A stretch of 64,000 bases of DNA from Bispira polyomma (taxonomy: Eukaryota): the NCBI GenBank assembly GCA_965649765.1, contig OZ287755.1, positions 54,498,001-54,562,000 on the forward strand, in the 5' to 3' direction. The notes below the pieces were generated by a model. It did no database searches. It saw only the letters and a program-made list of their open reading frames with translations, and was not told the DNA's origin. Of this stretch, positions 25,583 to 38,641 are shown piece after piece. Position 1 is the first letter of the stretch; each line of letters opens with the position of its first letter. The position numbers and the translations under genes were made by a program.

Positions 25583-28500
25583 CTGAAGATACAGCAAAGG
25601 AAGAAAGGGGTAGAAAATTTTATACAGAAAGAAGAGATGGAAACCAATCGTGTCTTTTCTTTGGTTTTTGAAATACCTTTCTGCGATTATTAGATATATA
25701 GCTGTGCATTGATTAGGAACATAATATTTGATATTCGAACATGACAAGATTGTATCGTCTATTCTGATTGGTTCATAAGTGAGGTAAAATATTTGACAAT
25801 ACACAGGAACGGCCCAGATCGTATTCCTCCACAATGTTTCTGACGTCTAGTTAAATTAAGTCTTTAAGTAGCATTATTTAATTGTTAATATTGCAAGATT
25901 TAGGTTAGACCAATCGCATCAGGAGAACCAATGCATGTTGTTTCCACCAGAGCTGAGAAATGTAATATTTTTCCTCTGACAGTATCCGTAAAAATGTTCA
26001 AAAATTCCAATGCGGTGACCATTCCGTCTTTCCGAATGAGGCTAACATTCATCTAGGGCAAGATATGATAGCAATTAACATATCCTAAACATTTGGTGAG
26101 GCTCAGCCAGTCTGCAACAGTTTTCCCGTGATAGTGTTAATGAAGCAAATCTTTAATTAACCTGTCAGGTCATTTTGTTTTTAGAGAATGAGGTCATTTT
26201 GTTTTTAGAGAGTGAGGTCAAAGTTTACTTTTAGGAAGATTTACACATATAGGGAAACTTTACAGCAAATTTAGTAGAGATATCTAAAGCTTGGGAGAGT
26301 GCAAGTATATTTATAAAAAGTAATAGTGGGATAATAAAAGTTCAGATAACCGAGGTTATATTGTACTCTGTTAAAGCTTTGAGTGTCACAATGTCTATAA
26401 ATTATATTACAATTTACATTCAAAACAAAATGGAAAAAGTTAAAAGACCACATTCTGAAAGACAAAATGGTTGCCACAGTGGAATTGAACATTTTTACTC
26501 TGATGCTGTCAGTGGAGCTTAAAAGAGCTTTGTCAACAAGTTTTGAAGTTATCGAAGGATTGAAATTCCTAATCTTTCATAAAACATACATATTGGTCTT
26601 CAACATTACCAATACTTTAAAGTAGTTCAATATTTTAATATCCACTTATAAGAATCTCATTTTCTGTCACAAATTAAATCACCAGAAAAAATAATACAGA
26701 CCAAAGCCAGTTATTTAAATACAATTCTAATCAATTTATGGAAGTTTCAATTTTAATGTTATCAATAGAAAATTTTATTAAAGTAGTTACTATGTGCCAC
26801 AAGTGTTATACTCGCCTATGAATAATATATATGCTAACTTGGTAAGGATATAAAAAATTACTTTACAAATAGAAATGGTTAATGAAGCACGAGCATGACA
26901 CATAATTAATGAAATGAAACTAATACCTAGGTCTCATTAACACAAATCAAGCCTCCGAATGTGTCACAAATAAATCTGTGACAAAAAGTCGGAATGTTAC
27001 AAAGTGTTTCCAATTGATAAGTGACAATGTGACAGCATGTGTTGTAAATGTTGCAGTATGTGGCGGAAGGTGTGGGTTCATTTCAATAAAACTTATTGAG
27101 GATAAGTGACCATAAGTGTACACTCGTTCCTTGTTAGTGATGTCTACATCCCCTTTTGGTGTTAGAACTTTAGACAGAAGGTAACACAAATGTGACTTGA
27201 TATCAAAATGTGATGTCAGAAGGAAATCTACTGACGGATCGGCCACTTTTTATTGATTTATTTTGTTCATTTACCCAACTCCACAAATAGCCACACGTAA
27301 ATGAGACCAGGCCATAATGTGTCATTTCTCGCATTTCAGCTTGTCAAGAAAAAATTAGGCATTTCCTAAAACGTCTGTTTTTATCAAAAATATATCATTT
27401 TTAATTGGATGAAATTTAACTACATGTTGTTTTTTTATATTTTGAAAGTTCTAGTGCTCTATTTTGTCACTTCGCTGTCAGAACTTTTATATGTAGAGGT
27501 ATAAACTCCTTCATTTATACACAAATACCTTCCAGCTGACTGCTTTATCATAGCTAACAATTAACTCTAAATAATTGTATATAATTAGCTAACAAGCTTA
27601 GATATTCAAATTGTTAAAATGTACAGATTTTTTCATTCACTTTGCATGAGTAGAATCTCTTATTACTGTTTGACTTTGAGTGAAGTTTTATCAATTCCTA
27701 ATACCTATAAAGGGTATAAACATTTGAAACACTTTCCAAATTCACAACCATGAAATCCTGAAGGCATTCCCTCAGCGACCTTGACATATTATTAAGATAT
27801 CACATATTAAGTTAAATGACATATGAACAAAGAATTGTAAACTAATGTAACCTGATCAAGTCACAAATATTAAATTATATCATCCGTCAGAAATCCATGA
27901 AAAATGTGAATATGTTCGGACAATAGAAATACATATATAATATATATATATTTATAGTTTTGTACTAAACACTGTAAAGCATTTTAAAATGTGTTGAACT
28001 CTATCATTTTATAACTAAATCCCAAAATAAACAAGGGGCTATATAACCCAGGCTACCTTAAAGGACATTCAGTTAAGACACTGACACTGAATGTACAGGA
28101 AATCCTTCAAATTTAACACGACTTCCTTCACCCATTGAACTTGTCAAAGCTTTGTCAGAATCTAATTGGCACTACAATGCTGACCACCATTTTACATAGC
28201 AAAACACATTTTCTTTAAGACAGGTACCCTTTGAATTAGCCATTATTTGTAGCCACACTATGTTGTCAATCAATCAGGTAACACGGTACGTAATCTCTGC
28301 GCCAACAGATTCAAAGGCCCATTAGGCCCAAATTTAGGAGAGGTTATTTGTTGAACAATTGATCATATAAAATTGCAACCACAATATTGGGAGTGTCACC
28401 AATAATTAATTGACCAGACATCTAATTGTCCAGCCACAACTAAACTCCCCACCCCAAAAGTTGTCACTTTAGTCTTTGACTGTGACCTCTATGTGGTTAC

Positions 28501-28895
28501 TAGTAGAGCTGCAATAAGTAGTGAGTTTTGCACCCGAGTACTCTTTTACTATTACTCTGCTCTTTAACGAGTACTCTTTTTTTGTGTAAAAATTGCCAGA
28601 ACTTGCGTGATTTTCTTTAAAAAGTGATAAAATATGACTCAATTGAGATAAATTTTTTGAAAATATCTATAAAACTGTTGATATCAAACAATGAAAGAGC
28701 ACTCTTTTCCTGAATTCCTACTCTGAATAGTTTATTACTCTATTTTGTAACGAGTACTCGAGTACTCTTTTACAGCCCTAGTACTTACCCAATACTTGCA
28801 TCCACACTAACCAGTTATCAAAGGAACATCCTTGACGTTTTATTAGAAACTTTTCGATTTGTCCTTTTGGCCCCTACTCAGTATGTTCTACTTAC

Positions 28896-29471
28896 CCTAG
28901 TACACACGTGTCCACTCAAGTCTGCTGAACTTGCCCACGTGGCCCTTTTGACCAACTGACCACTCCTCCTCCTCCTCTCTACCTCACTAGCCACCTCCTG
29001 ACCATGGTACCTCTCCCTCTTACTGAGTACCTCACTAGTATCCAATGTACCTACTCTAGCCACAGTAGAGGTACCAGTACTCATACACTCCACACTCTTA
29101 CACTGTTCAGTGACCCGTGGTTGCCGTGACAACTTCTGTCTTACTTTATCCTTATTCTCTTTAACGGTGACACTAATGTTATGATAATGTGTCTTAGTCG
29201 TCATGGCCGACTGACTCCTTGACAACATATTGTGATTCTGTTTACTGGTTTCCATGGGAACCCAAAACAAGGAACCAGCAGGGACGATATCTGGGTACTG
29301 GAGGGCTGTGTGATGCTGTGTGTTGGTTTCACTTTCATTCTGTGAGCGTTCTAACACTGCAGAGAGCTGGCTGTAGTCCGTGTATCCAACATAATGTGGA
29401 GATCTCTCTTTGGTTACAACTTGGGGGGAATTTGCCTGGAATTCACTTACAGGTAAAGGTTGGGTCCACAT
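28896..29471 (-). CDS. Putative alternative N-terminal exon, 192 codons
   Basis: Long GC-richer ORF from ATG, ending AGG|GTAAGT in phase 0. Confidence 0.7.
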
Positions 29472-29966
29472 TGTTAACTACATTTTAAGGCCTTTATCAA
29501 AGGACTGTATATAGTGGAACCTTGTTTAAAATCGAATCAGAAGGGACCATAAAAATGTGTTCGACTGAACAGAAATTCTACTTAACAGGGTAAATTTTAA
29601 TTAAAAATATAACTTTTACTTAACTGGTCATTTCAATTATTAGAGTTCTACTTAAAGGGGGTTGACTATATAATTTTAATATAAATATATAGAGTAGAAC
29701 CTCAATTATCCAAAACTATCTGGAGACCAGAATTAATTAAAAGTCAAACTGTTGAAGCCTCAATTTGTGACCTACAAAGATTTCAAGCTCATGGGTTGTG
29801 AAAGAAACTGGTCAAGAATTTTTACAATACCTCAGAGACATAACTGCGAGGTCAAACTGAGGTCAGGGCATGACCTCACTTGTCTAATAAACCCCTCTCT
29901 GACGTTATTTGTTGCCTGTTTTGTTTTAATTAACACTGTGGACTCCAGCTATTTCCCCCTTCTCAC

Positions 29967-30131
29967 CTGTTTACTGTCATTAGTCACATCGTTATACTCT
30001 GTGGTATAATTATACTTCTCCTGTCCTACTTCCTGTTGTTCACTTGTCTCCATTTCCTCCTCTAAAGCCTCATATTTTATTGCCTCAATATCCTGCGACT
30101 CCACAGCCTCCTTTTCAGGTTCAACCTCCAT
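29967..30131 (-). CDS. Putative alternative N-terminal exon, 55 codons, Glu-rich
   Basis: ATG-initiated, coding-like composition, ends CAG|GTGAGA in phase 0. Confidence 0.6.
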
Positions 30132-31485
30132 AATTCTGTGCTATTTCGAATTTGGAAATGATCTTAATACCATAGGCCTGATTTCCCAGGGACATTTAAA
30201 GTTTTGAAGGTCAGGAAAGTAATGTGACTGAAATCACCACGTCTTATCAGTCTGGTCACCATACAGAAACAATTTTATTCTTTGGTGGGAGTCTATTTTA
30301 CACCCATTTATAATTTCTATCTTCCACTTTTTAGGTATTATCACAGAGTCTCACAGCATAATTTTATTTTATTTCCATTAAAACTTCCTGCAATAATAAT
30401 ACCATTCAGTTTATGTGCTATCGATATATTTCAAAAAGTGTAAATAGTATAAATCCTTTGGTAATTCTAAAGTATTCCACACAGAAGAATAACCCTACCT
30501 GGTGATTTCAATGTATCCGATAACACATTTTGTTAATATCACTTACATTTACTTAAATGACTTTTAAGTTTCCTTCAAACAAAAACAACACAAATTTCAC
30601 ATCACATTTTATCACATCTACTTTCTACCTAATTAGTACACCAAATTCTTGTCTAATTAACATCCTCTGCTGCTCAATACAAACTAAACATATCCTGCTG
30701 CATTCATTGAGTGCTCTAAAACTACTTGCAACATTCTGATTCTACAAACTTCTGATACTGAGGCAGAAACCTATCAGCTTACATAATTTGCACGTCAAAA
30801 GAGCTGTAAAAGGTACACAAACTATGACAATAACCACTGCGTCTGTCATTGAATGTGTGTATATTAAGAGTCTGTGCCACATTTGGCACAAAAATCCATC
30901 ATAAATAAATGACACTTTTCTCAATCTGTGGTAGGTGTAAAAGTATTCATCACAGTCAGGTCTTGTTTCCAGTGTTTGATATATACATGTATTCTATACA
31001 CATACACTAACACAGAGGAATTCCTTATAAAACTACCACGACAAAAACTCAAGCTTCATCAATCACGGTATGAATGACTTCATTATATAGAAATGTTGGT
31101 CACTTCTGATACTAGACCTTAAGTTCTACATGTTAAACACATGTATCATTATGAATTTCATAGATATTACCTGTACATGGATATAATGCAGATGAACATG
31201 TACATACACCGGCACATAGCACTCATATTCTTACTTTCAATTCTGTTTATCATATTTCCAATAAATGGATAAATATTTTAGTTTTATGTCATATGTGCTT
31301 CATGTTGAATCTTATATTTTGTATTTGTATCAAATTATTTTCTATAAATGGATGAATATTTTAGTTTTATAGCATAAGTTCATGTTGAATATTATTTGTA
31401 TCAACTCATTTTACATTAAATATTTTAATTTTATAGCATCAGTTTATGTTTAATGTTATTTGGTATTTGTATTATATATTTTTAA

Positions 31486-31961
31486 CATGCTTTATTGATG
31501 CGAAGCATCTTCTAAAGCACAACAACGAACCAACCATGTGTCCTACAACATAGACTGGGTTGTCAGCAGTAGGCAATGGCGTGGTCACATCGGGCCCAAA
31601 GATGTAATCCCACCTATGAAACTAGCAACATTAGCAGGGGGGCCACGGTGGCCTAGTGGTTAGCAAGCATTGCGCTTCACAATCACTGGTCTCTCACCTT
31701 TGGGCGGCGTGAGTTCGAATCCCGTCGATGCCTATGTGGGAAAGGTGGTAGTTCCTTACTGTGGGCCGCTGGTTTCAATGCAGAACCTTGACCGACTGTA
31801 TGCAGTGTTTCCTCCAGCGTTTCCAAATACCTGTCCCAATATAACCTACCAAAAAGGTACTAGAGTGGACGTTAGATATTCAAATTCAAAGCAACATTAG
31901 CAGGAGTCGAACCAGGGACCTTGTGATCATCAGACCAACTCTCTAACCACTAGGCCACGGG
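31486..31961 (-). mobile_element. tRNA-derived SINE family C, split by a younger SINE
   Basis: Head at 31905-31961 (gagtcgaacc B box; accactaggcca A box). Tail tttattgatgcgaagcatcttctaaagc is also seen near 12705, 16460 and 40020. Confidence 0.65.
31637..31890 (+). mobile_element. Full-length tRNA-derived SINE family B with 15-bp TSD
   Basis: A box TGGCCTAGTGG, B box GTTCGAATCC, ttcaaa tail. TSD agcaacattagcagg at 31624-31638 and 31890-31904. Confidence 0.85.
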
Positions 31962-32941
31962 AGATCACGAGTACCATAAGCACTTATGCACATACTAATA
32001 TCTTAAACAGGTTCTCAGAATATTTTTTATATTTTTGTATATTTTGTTTATTCAAAAACATTCTAATTTGATAAGTGTTTTAGCCATAGAAATTGATACA
32101 TGTGCATATAACAGCATCTTATATAAAACATTGGAAAGGATATGGTTTATGGGCATCATGGTTCTGTAAAGTTATACTGAAATGTAAATTGATATGCTAA
32201 TAGTAGCTAATAGAATGTTTACGGTGTATTCTGAATAGACACACCTTTAAGAAGAAAGAAACTGTACCATTTCTATATATTTGTGTGAGTGGCTCCATTC
32301 AAACCGAAAAGAGAAATATTTTAATGACCTTCAAGTTACCATATAAACAGAATTCTTATTTCAGAAATAGACAAAGTTTGTTATAAACTTTTAAAATGTA
32401 TCCTAAAAGTGTTACAGCTACTTAACTTTCCTGTCTACTGTGTATGAATCATATTAAGTAAAATGATATATTATATTAACTCCTGAAAGTAAATCAATCA
32501 TTTTGCTTTAAAATGCATCATAAAATTATAGAAGTATCCACTAGTATGGTTTTGACCATTCACAATCATTAAACTTGCAAAAAAATGAGACTTAAAAAAA
32601 ATAAACAATCAAAAAAAAAAACAGAAAATTTGATTCATTAAACTTTAAAAAAACTTAATTACTTAATTTTATTTTACTGAATGTTATATATCTTATGTTC
32701 GGTTGAAAATTTTTAACGCACAGGAAAGAAGTCAATAAGGATTTAAAAAATACAGCTATTCCAGTAATTGTTCAGGTGAGAACTAAGTTTCCAGCAATCA
32801 AATAAAAATATTAATTTGCAATACAATTCTACGCCCATATATTGCAATAATAATTCCACCCAGCAAATAGTCGTTAACAACAAGCTTCTCTACTTCTCCA
32901 CCAGGGTGACTAATTCCATCACCAAAGCAACTTTCTCACTA

Positions 32942-33087
32942 CTCTAAATCACTTTGAATCCATGTGTCAACTTTCACAGTGCTCTAAATCACTTTGAATC
33001 CATGTGTCAACTTTCACAGTGCTCTAAATCACTTTGAATCCATGTGTCAACTTTCACAGTGCTCTAAATCACTTTGAATCCATGTGT
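32942..33087. repeat. 40-bp minisatellite, about 3.6 near-identical copies
   Basis: (ctctaaatcactttgaatccatgtgtcaactttcacagtg)n. Confidence 0.95.
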
Positions 33088-34435
33088 TAATGCTTTTTTT
33101 TAAGAGTTAATTTCACACAAAACTAGGAACCACTTGAATCCAAAACGATGACCCAAAAGGTCCAAAGCAAATTGTACTGGCCGGTAATTTGTAGAAGATA
33201 CCAGATTTATGGGACGGCTTCGTGTTCTATCATTCCAACAAAGTAACTCATCGAAAAACCACTACCAAAATCATGTAATATTTCCATAAAACACCTGTGG
33301 ATTTTTCTCATTTAATTTACTGGCATTTACTTTGTTATTTAAAATATATATATCCAGTTTTGACTAATTACAAATGTCAATTGTATTATTTTTAAGTTAT
33401 AAAAAAAATATATCAAACACTTGATTATTAAAATTCCATTGTGTGTAATGGTTAAGTTTTACCAGCACATTTTAGGTGTATTGTACCATTAAAGCATCTG
33501 AAAGTGTACTACATACTTCTATATATAGGTTCTGCATTGATAAATAATATAAACATGCAAAATAAAGGAATGTCAATGCATGAGTGTCTTCTCTCTATCA
33601 AATGTTTATACACACACCTTTTCTAATATTACACACACATAATATTGGGTACATCTTATTACCAACATTTGACAATAGGTATTTATATCTTTTTTGAAAT
33701 AATACTCAATTCAAATGTTTTTCAATTATTTGCCACTCCATATATACACATACACACATGAATAGCATCTACATATTTGTGTCTTAAATTCTCAGTCAGT
33801 TTAGATTCCTTTTTTTTCAACTTAATGATTCACTTAACCCTTGAATCATGCAAAACCATTTGCCCTGTCACAATACAGACATACCTTAAAAAGGAAACTC
33901 TTTACAACACTATATACAGGTACTAGATACTCTATATACATCAGTAGGCATCTCCATTTTTGGCAAATCATATATATGTATACACATTTTCGAGATCGGT
34001 GAAATTACCTGGAAATTTTTTTGCTATGAATTTTAGTTCACGTCAGAGAATTGAGTATTTTATAATTAAACTGCAAGTTATCACAAGATAAGGCCTTGTA
34101 TTTAATCAGTACATTGTCTTTGTCTATACAGATCAATAGATTTAAATTACTAAAACATGTGCTGTGTAGTTTCAAGTACTGTATGTTCTCCTCTTGTAGC
34201 AGACAGTTCAAACACAGTATTAACCAGCAGAGAAGTTTTCAGAGAAGTTCTAAGACATTAGTTTCTGGGTTGCTGAGTTTTTGTTGTATTTTTGGTTGAT
34301 TTTTTGGATGTTTTTAACTTGACTTGCTCCTTTAACTTCTAGCCTTTCTTATGAAGTATCAGTTTTGATATTTCTTTTTGCAAAATCTCTTACTTTATGT
34401 GGGGTTCACACTATGGGGGTAAACTGTTTTTTTTT

Positions 34436-34683
34436 AAATTTGAATTTGAATATTTATCGTCCACTCTAGTACCTGTTTAGGTTATATTAGGATGAGTAGT
34501 TGGAAACCCTGGAGGAAACACCGCATACAGTTAGTTGATCAAGGTTCTGCACTGAAACCAGGGGCCCACAATAAGCAACTACCACCTTTCCCACATCGGC
34601 ATCGACAGGAGTCGAACCCACGCCAGCCGATCCCGGAGGTGAGAGACCAGTGATTGTGAAACAAAATGCTTGCTAACCACTAG
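34436..34683 (-). mobile_element. SINE family B copy
   Basis: Reverse complement of 31637-31890; a 3' fragment also lies at 39681-39762. Confidence 0.8.
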
Positions 34684-36091
34684 CGGTATGGAGAAGCAAT
34701 AAGAAGTTGTCAAAATCGCCTATTTACCGCAGGGAATCCAATCTATAATTTTGTTTAACTTCAGCTGGATTAGTATTAGATTTGAACAGTGCGTACAAAT
34801 AAACTATTATTATCATGTAATAGCACTAGTAATGTCATACATTAATTGTAGGTCTATGTTTTAACACAGTTACAGAGATAAACTTATGACATCGTTGGTT
34901 AAAATGATCACATTTGGGCTATTGACTTGGCTGCTAAATAGTGAATACTGATAATGCCCTACCAAATTAAATGTTATAGTATAATATCCTAATACCTTAC
35001 TATATATGTATACACAGTTACAGAGTATTATTAAAGGCTACCAGAAGATTTCTCATTAATGCCGTAAATGCACACAGACGGATTTGGTCTGAAGTCAAAC
35101 ATCCCCCTTGCACATACAAAAACGGTGCACAGGAGGTTCTAAAATGCTGGTAAATAGATTAATTTAAAAGCCATGTGGACAAACATTAACTCTCAGCAAT
35201 CCAATTGCATGTTAACTCAAACATGAGGCAAAACAAGAAGAAAAGCCTGATCCATAAAGGGAATCAGTGGGCTATGAATCTGTACCAGTGAATTCTTCAC
35301 TTAAAAGGTGATATCTTGAGCTCTTTTCAAAGTAAAAGCACAATATACATCTATAAACACTTTTCAATTTTTCGAGATACTCAGAAATGCAAATGATCAT
35401 GTCACTATTGTTTTGACTTTATTGGAAGTTATTGTCATTTTTGCACAGTTTTAAGGCTTTCTAATTACCTTCAGAGTTATAAAGATGTCCACTTTATTGT
35501 GTGAGACAGAAATATTGCCTCCAGCCTTTTTTCTTTGTAATATTTCAACATTTTAAACTATATATATTCAGGCCACTGGCTTAGGACTTAAACCAATTCT
35601 GAAGTAGTAAAATCGGATAAGTAGAAAAGTTAACTGTTTAACACTGAAAAGAAAATTCCTACAAGAACATTGACCTTTGTCCAATGAACATTTAGCCCCC
35701 TGACCCTGACGAACTACCCAGAAAATGACTGGTTATGGTTGATAAAACACATTTTTAATATTCTTACCAATTTCCTGCAGTAAATTAGAGGGAAAACAAT
35801 TGTCTAGACAATTATAACGACCTCATATATAACATGGAGAATCTGTTAAATTTTAATGTGTTAAAGAGTACTGACACAGCTTCTCATAGAGTAACCTGTT
35901 CACACACTGGCGGTATGGTAGGTGGTGCGAGAAGCTATTGTAACTTGTAACCTGGTACATCGGCTGTTCAATCTTGGGCAAATAGATTCCTCATATAAAG
36001 TGAAACTTGTTGAGATAAGTTTCACAGAGGGAAACAGACGATTACAGTGGTAATTACGAGTTGTAGTAGTAATAAGGAAATAGGCGGAGAC

Positions 36092-36232
36092 GGGTAGAAA
36101 CAGGTGATGACAAATGATTACTAGGATGGAAGAGTTACGGTAGTGATACTGAAATAGTCTGAAATATGCGGAAATGGGTAGAAACAGGTGACGACAAATG
36201 ATTACTGAGATGGAAGAGTTACGGTAGTGATA
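36092..36232. repeat. Local tandem duplication, about 85-bp period
   Basis: gggtagaaacaggtga..acaaatgattact..gatggaagagttacggtagtgatac occurs twice. Confidence 0.8.
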
Positions 36233-36785
36233 CAGATGTATTTGTAAATAGCTAGAAACATTTGTTTGACTTTTTTCCACCTTGGGGAGGTGAAAGTTTT
36301 AAACATGCCCAAAACTTCTGCCTCTCTGCCTCCCAGTAATAGCTGACTCACAGTTAAAAAGGTTCAGGAAGAAAGCTAAAGTTAAGGGAAGTTATAGAGA
36401 TTACCAGATGTTTCGCTGTATGACGTTTTTGACTGATGTTTTGGTTTGTTTGTGTTAAAACTCCTCGACTCCTTTTAACTTAAACTTTCTCAGCTATTAT
36501 ATAATATATTTTTATTCCATAGAAGTATCAGAAAGCATATTTTATCTGACTTTATGAATATATAATCTAAAAATCTGTATCGGGTTTTTTGACAGCTCTA
36601 GAAAGGACCAAACCAGGACTTATTTTCAAATTTTAATATTTTCATTTTTAGCTGTTATAGCTTGCAAAATGTTCGAAATTAGTCCGAAGATAGTGGCCCA
36701 CTAGTTACTATCCCTATAGACAAAAGAAAGTACTAGTCATCAGTACAGAAGCCACTATAGCACCCCAAACAAATCTATCACTTAA

Positions 36786-37868
36786 ACTAGACCTAGCGCA
36801 TCAGAGAACCGATGCATATTTGTATCCACCAAAAAGACAAAGCACCCGCAGTAGCAAGCACTCTAGCGAGCATCCAAGCTAGAAGCCTATGATTTCCTAT
36901 AGGGCATTTACGCTAAAGCCTTAAATGGCACAAGTGGGTTTGACATTGCAACCTGTGGGACGAATAATAAGTCTGTGATAGGCACCTTAAAGTTTGGCGT
37001 ACCCGTTTGACCTTGCATGAGGGATGCAAGGTTAAATGAGACCAAAAGATTAGCAGCCTATGATTTCCTGTAGGTTGGTTTCACATCCCAAACCTCTACG
37101 ACCATGATTTTCTTAGGTTGGTTTGACATTCCAAATCTCTAGGACCAATAATAAGCGAGTTATAAGCACTTTTAAGTTTGGTTACGCTTATTTGATCTTT
37201 AAGGAGGGGCCTAAGGTCAAACCTGACTAAATCAAAAGACTCCTAGCCCATGATTTCCTATAGGTTGGTTTCACATTGCAAGCCTGCAGGACCAATAATA
37301 AGTGAGTTATAAGCACTTTTAAGTTTGGTTATCCTCATTTGACCTTGAATGAGGAGCCCAAGGTCAAACCTGACCACATCAAAAGATTCCCAGTTCATGA
37401 CTTCCTATAGGTTGGCTTAACATGAAAAATCTCTAGGACCAATAATAAGGGAGATGTAGGCACTTTCAAAGTCTGCTATGTGGGGTACTTTGGCACTCCG
37501 TGGATGACCTTAAATGAACTCTGTGGATGACCTTGAATGAAGAGCTTCAAGGTCAAATGTATATATCTGTTATACATATCACCTATGAAGAGATTCAACC
37601 TTCTAGTTACAAGAACCAGCCAGTAGAAAAAGGTAGATAATTTTCAAAGAAAGGCCCATGGCGGCCATCTTGTTTTTTAGAATGAGGCTAATTTCAGTCG
37701 CAGAGATGCTTACCTCCCAATGAAGATATCCTGCAAATTTGGCTAAGCTAGCTAGTCTAGTTTTCCGCTGAGAGTGTTAAAGGTAAAAATCTCTCTACGG
37801 TGGCGGCGACGGTGGCGGCGACGGCGTAGCCAACGCTAAACCAAAGTATCCACCACGGTGGATACAAT
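36786..37868 (+). mobile_element. Second Helentron/HINE-like element with internal tandem repeats
   Basis: 5' gtatccacc (36822-36830) pairs with the 3' hairpin gtatccacc-ac-ggtggatac (37846-37865). About 4 diverged units (agcctatgatttcctatagg) and a ggtggcggcgac microsatellite. A related fragment lies at about 25905-26160. Confidence 0.6.
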
Positions 37869-38428
37869 TACTTTCTTGCTAATCAAAGCCTATGTTTAAT
37901 CCAATTACAGATTTTTTTTACTAAACTGTCTCTGTTCTATGCAAACATTTTACAAAACACAAAAGGTATATATAGAATAATTATTTTAGTCACACTTACT
38001 TGAATCCTTTGATAATCTAAATCATAAAAGGTAAAATAAAATAGCACTCAGCTAAAATGGCTTACAAGTTTTAAGCTTTTAAATATAATACACATACATG
38101 TATATAAATAGTCAGAGAATAAATTTATTTGTCTCCAGGGGATACATTATTTTGCAAGGGGATACAAAAATTTGGCAAGCCCCCCTGCCCATATTTTGTA
38201 TCCCCACACACTTTTTTTAGCGCTACACTGGTACACTAAGTTCAATTATAATTGTTACCAAACAAAAAAAATATATTTCCTGCCATCAAAAACCATGCAT
38301 TTCTGACCCCATATGGTTTATTTCTATTGTGACACATATAGCTTCTGTAATTTTTATCCTTTAAAATATTCCAGTTAACCTGTATGCAATATATTGGGTT
38401 CACCATATCTTTTTTTCTCAGCATGATA

Positions 38429-38641
38429 CAGTAAGAAATCTAAAATTCGCTCCTGTATCTATAATTCGCCACCCCTAAAATTTAAGCCAAATATTGTAAA
38501 AACTGGCGAAAAAAACTGGTAAGGAAGGCAAATTATTCATAAAAATATTAATTTAAACAAATATTTACCACAATTCTACCCAAATCACAACATTTTCTAG
38601 GTTGCGAATTTCAGATGGTGGCAAATTTTATACTCCTTACA
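38429..38641. mobile_element. MITE family gagtaaggaatctaaaatt
   Basis: Matches 15589-15818. Confidence 0.65.

Noticed and set aside
25265-25834. 189-aa ORF as a whole gene
   Set aside because: Only 25448-25582 is bounded by splice sites; the rest is intron read-through.
31637-31725. tRNA gene
   Set aside because: It has A and B boxes but continues into a repeated body and tail with a TSD, so it is a SINE head. The same applies to the other tRNA-like segments.
32942-33087. CRISPR-like 40-bp repeats
   Set aside because: Head-to-tail minisatellite without spacers.
35900-36280. 126-aa minus-strand ORF
   Set aside because: Its length is explained by a local duplication, it has a non-ATG start, and there is no convincing phase-0 donor.
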